A DNA stretch of 64,000 nucleotides from Pristiophorus japonicus (Eukaryota), in the NCBI RefSeq assembly GCF_044704955.1, contig NC_091984.1, forward strand, positions 148,242,001 through 148,306,000, written 5' to 3'. Of the stretch, positions 61,127 to 64,000 are shown piece after piece. The notes beneath the pieces are model-generated. The model saw only the letters and a list, made by a program, of their open reading frames with translations, did no database searches and was not told the DNA's origin. Both the position numbers and the translations under genes were made by a program. Position 1 is the first letter of the stretch; every line of letters begins with the position of its first letter.

Positions 61127-61468
61127 TGGAGGACCAATAAGAAGGAGCCATATTTCCTGGACCCTATTGGAGAACCAATAGGAAGCAGCCATGTTTCCTG
61201 GGCCCTATTGGAGGTCCAATAGGAAGGAGCTATATTTCCTATTCCCTATTGGAGGACCAATAGGGAAGGATCCATATTTCCTGGTCCCTATTGGGGGACC
61301 AATAGGAAGGAGCCATGTTTCCTGGTCCCTATTGGGGGACCAATAGGAAGGAGCCAGGTTTCCTGTTCACTATTGGAGGACCAATAGGAAAGATCCATGT
61401 TTTCTGGTCACTGTTGGGGGACCAATAGGAAGGAGCCAGGTTTCCTGGGCCCTATTGGAGGACCAGTG
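61127..61468. repeat. 41-bp palindromic minisatellite (~8 copies)
   Basis: ccaata at 61134, 61175, 61216, 61257, 61299, 61340, 61381 and 61422; unit contains CCTATTGG-n4-CCAATAGG. Confidence 0.92.
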
Positions 61469-62059
61469 GGACATGGAGTCCATTGTTGATATGGAGTGCA
61501 GACCCTTCCTGTTGTAAATTTGGGATCGTCGGCACCTGATCGAAGTAAAAACACCCTGACCCGGAGCAGGGCCATGGAAGGGGAAGGAGAGGGGAAGGGA
61601 TTCGAAGATGTTCTGAGCGGACAGGATGGGGCAGTGGGTCAGAACCTGTCCTGTCGCTCCAGCTCACACTGATGGGGTGAGGATCTCCTCCCTCTGCGGG
61701 GCCTTCATGAAATTAGCTTTCTGTCCAAAGTGGTCCCCACTGAGAATAGGCACACAGCACAGAACGGCCATTAATTGGGCAATAAACAGCCAGTGTACTG
61801 AGAGAGGCCACGGGATGGTCACTGTGGGGAATGGGGCCTTACTCCAGGAGAAGGCATGCTCTGGGGTCAAGGGTTAACTTCCATTGGTAGGACAGGGCAC
61901 AGGGAGGTTTACTCTGCATTTCAGTGTGCTGCACCTGGGAGTCTGTGGAGAAGAGAGAGGGAGGGATGGAGAGAGAGAGGAAGGGAGAGGGAGGTGAAGA
62001 GGGAGGGAGAGAAGAAGAGGAATTGAAATGTGCTGATGTAGCTTTCTCTGGGTGAAGAC

Positions 62060-62113
62060 ATTTACATACTGAGGGATGGGCAGTGAGACTCTCTCAGGCT
62101 GCAGGTTTATAAA
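62060..62113 (+). promoter_or_regulatory. V2 promoter: variant octamer and TATA box
   Basis: ATTTACAT at 62060-62067, TATAAA at 62108-62113. Confidence 0.8.
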
Positions 62114-62172
62114 GCAGAGCCCAGTGAGGGGCAGTTTATCAGTAAGCAGGCACAGGGACAGGAGCAGACACC

Positions 62173-62221
62173 ATGATTTCACCCATCCAGCTGATCTGGC
62201 CTCTGGCATTCTGCGTCGCAG
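62173..62221 (+). CDS. IGKV: Leader exon of V2
   Basis: MISPIQLIWPLAFCVA(G)|gtacc. Confidence 0.93.
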
Positions 62222-62408
62222 GTACCAATCTCTCTCCTTCCACGTTTAATATCTCCCTGCTGTTGATTTCTGTCCAACTCTACTGACCAGTGATTGAAGG
62301 GCAAATGCTGACACGAGAGGAGAGCTCAGTGTCTCGAGCAATCTCTCATTTTACAGCGTCTTTCTGTGACAGTGCTTACTTCACTTTCTTTCCCCATTTC
62401 CCCCTCAG

Positions 62409-62707
62409 GTATCAGTGGGGACATCATCATGACCCAGTCTCCCCCGGTGCTGTCAGTGAGTGAGGGACAGACTGCAACCATCACCTGTACCGCCAGTGCA
62501 TCCGTTAGCGATGATGTTAATTGGTACCAGCAGAAAGCCGGGCAGAAACCCACTCTGCTGATCTATGCGGCAACATCTCGTTTCACTGGAACCTCCAATC
62601 GCTTCACCGGCAGTTACCAGTCCAACACGTTCACCCTGAGCATCAGCAACGTGCAGAGCGAGGATGTCGTAGTCTATTACTGTCAGCAATATTACAGCTA
62701 CCCTCTA
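62409..62707 (+). CDS. IGKV: Ig kappa-type V exon (V2, intact)
   Basis: [50 protein letters not shown]; 299 nt, same length as V1. Confidence 0.97.
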
Positions 62708-62735
62708 CACTGTGATACACAGCCGTACAAAAACC
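62708..62735 (+). promoter_or_regulatory. 12-bp-spacer RSS of V2
   Basis: CACTGTG + atacacagccgt + ACAAAAACC. Confidence 0.95.
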
Positions 62736-64000
62736 TCAATATACACAGTGCCACCTCCTGTACTGACTCACCCCACAGTTATATATAATATATAATAATG
62801 GACACACAGCCCACCTCCTGTACGGTTTTACACATGACTGACACAGAGCTAAATGGGAGTGACGGCAGGAATATTCAGCTGGAAGCTGCAGTGAATTGGG
62901 AAAGGATGGAGTGGGTCAGAGAGGAGTTGGGGCTGTGTCTTCATCACTGAGAATCTCACAGCTCTACTCGATACATTCAGACAGCATGGAGACACTGGGT
63001 GGTCCCTGTGTCCTCAATCCAAATAATCTCACAAACCCCCCACTATCGAGAGGGCCACAACTAATAAAACCCAAAGCATAAACATGAAAGGAAAGTGAAC
63101 AAGTGAAATGGTCGTGCTTTTTCCCTGCCCACCCCACACTCCAGGCCCTGCGGTGCCCATCTGTCGCAGATGCCTCAGGCCTACACTGGGCTCTGTCCCC
63201 AGGGCCACCTGGATGTGGACAAAGGCCCAGAAGGGAGGGAGACAGGCAGTGCGGCCACCCCAAGGGCCCCATCCAACTGGGCCCTGTGGATGACCACCTT
63301 GAGCAGACCCACGGGGAGGCCCTCCGAGCAGCCCATTCCCCCCCGCACCGGGTGGCCAGGCTGAGGAGCGTGGGACTGAAGTGGAGCCAGAAATCGAGGA
63401 GCAGCCCCTTCAAATAGTGGAAGAGGGGCTGCATCCTCTCACACTCCACGTACACACGGGTCACAGACTGAGGAAACAGGTTTCTAAAGTCCCTGAAACT
63501 CGTTATTTTATAATGATCCCCGAGGAAGGCCTGTGTCAGCAACACAAACATCTCGCTTGCAGACGGAGCCCGTTGTTCAAGGGGCCCAAAGAGGTGAGCC
63601 CTGTGTGACGGGGACTTTCATTCTCCAGCAATTCCGTGGCCCCAGGGTTACCGTCTGATGGGGTGGGAAGGGCAGCTGGGAGATTTGTCCCAAACACGTT
63701 GGATCCCCAACTCTCCTGGGTACTGCCACAGGAAACTCGTCACAGAGAGAGAGGGAGGGAGGGAGAGGTTGAGTGAGGGAGTGAGTGAGGGAGGGAGGGA
63801 GAGTGTGAGTGAGGGAAAGGGAGAGAGAGAGTGAGTGAGGGGGAGAGGGAGTGAGGGTGGGAGAAGGAGAAAAAGTGAGGGGGAACGAGAGTGAGAGGCA
63901 GTGAGAGAGAGAGAAGCAGACTGAGAGAGACACAGTGTGAGAGCAACAGATAGAGTGATACGCTGAGAAAGAGACACACAGACAGAGAGAGGGGGAGAGA
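62736..64000 (+). repeat. V-J interval of the second cluster (mirror of 5940-7369), including the Tx1 fragment and GA tract
   Basis: Reverse-complement match throughout; J2 predicted shortly beyond 64000. Confidence 0.9.

Noticed and set aside
62744-62790. Second CACAGTG after the V2 RSS as an extra RSS or D segment
   Set aside because: No nonamer at 12 or 23 nt, and the heptamer is not conserved in the V1 arm

Overview
Vertebrate DNA, almost certainly cartilaginous fish (elasmobranch), from an immunoglobulin kappa-type (shark type III/NS4-like) light-chain cluster region. One complete unrearranged cluster lies on the minus strand: L 7884-7932, V 7398-7696 with 12-RSS, J 5853-5887 with 23-RSS, C 3220-3548. 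A second L-V-RSS lies on the plus strand (62173-62735). It is the mirror-image arm of a large inverted duplication, so its J and C are expected just past the window end. The ~54 kb between the divergent V promoters is almost entirely transposable elements: an intact young CR1 LINE with a tandem 83-bp TATA-containing 5' array, many old CR1/RTE/Tx1 fragments, three Gypsy LTR elements (one nested in another), solo LTRs, a Tc1/mariner MITE, a decayed Harbinger, and a full-length 9.33-kb endogenous retrovirus (42710-52039, minus strand). The ERV has LTRs ~98% identical, a 5-bp TSD, a tRNA-Ser PBS and a gag-TAG-pol readthrough junction. It is the most unusual object here: it carries a 2H-phosphoesterase-like domain between protease and RT, an intact 51-aa Vpu-like membrane-protein ORF overlapping the env start (below the ORF-track cutoff), and a non-gamma-type Env whose cytoplasmic tail has a YxxM motif. 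All calls were made by eye; family names of decayed repeats are tentative.
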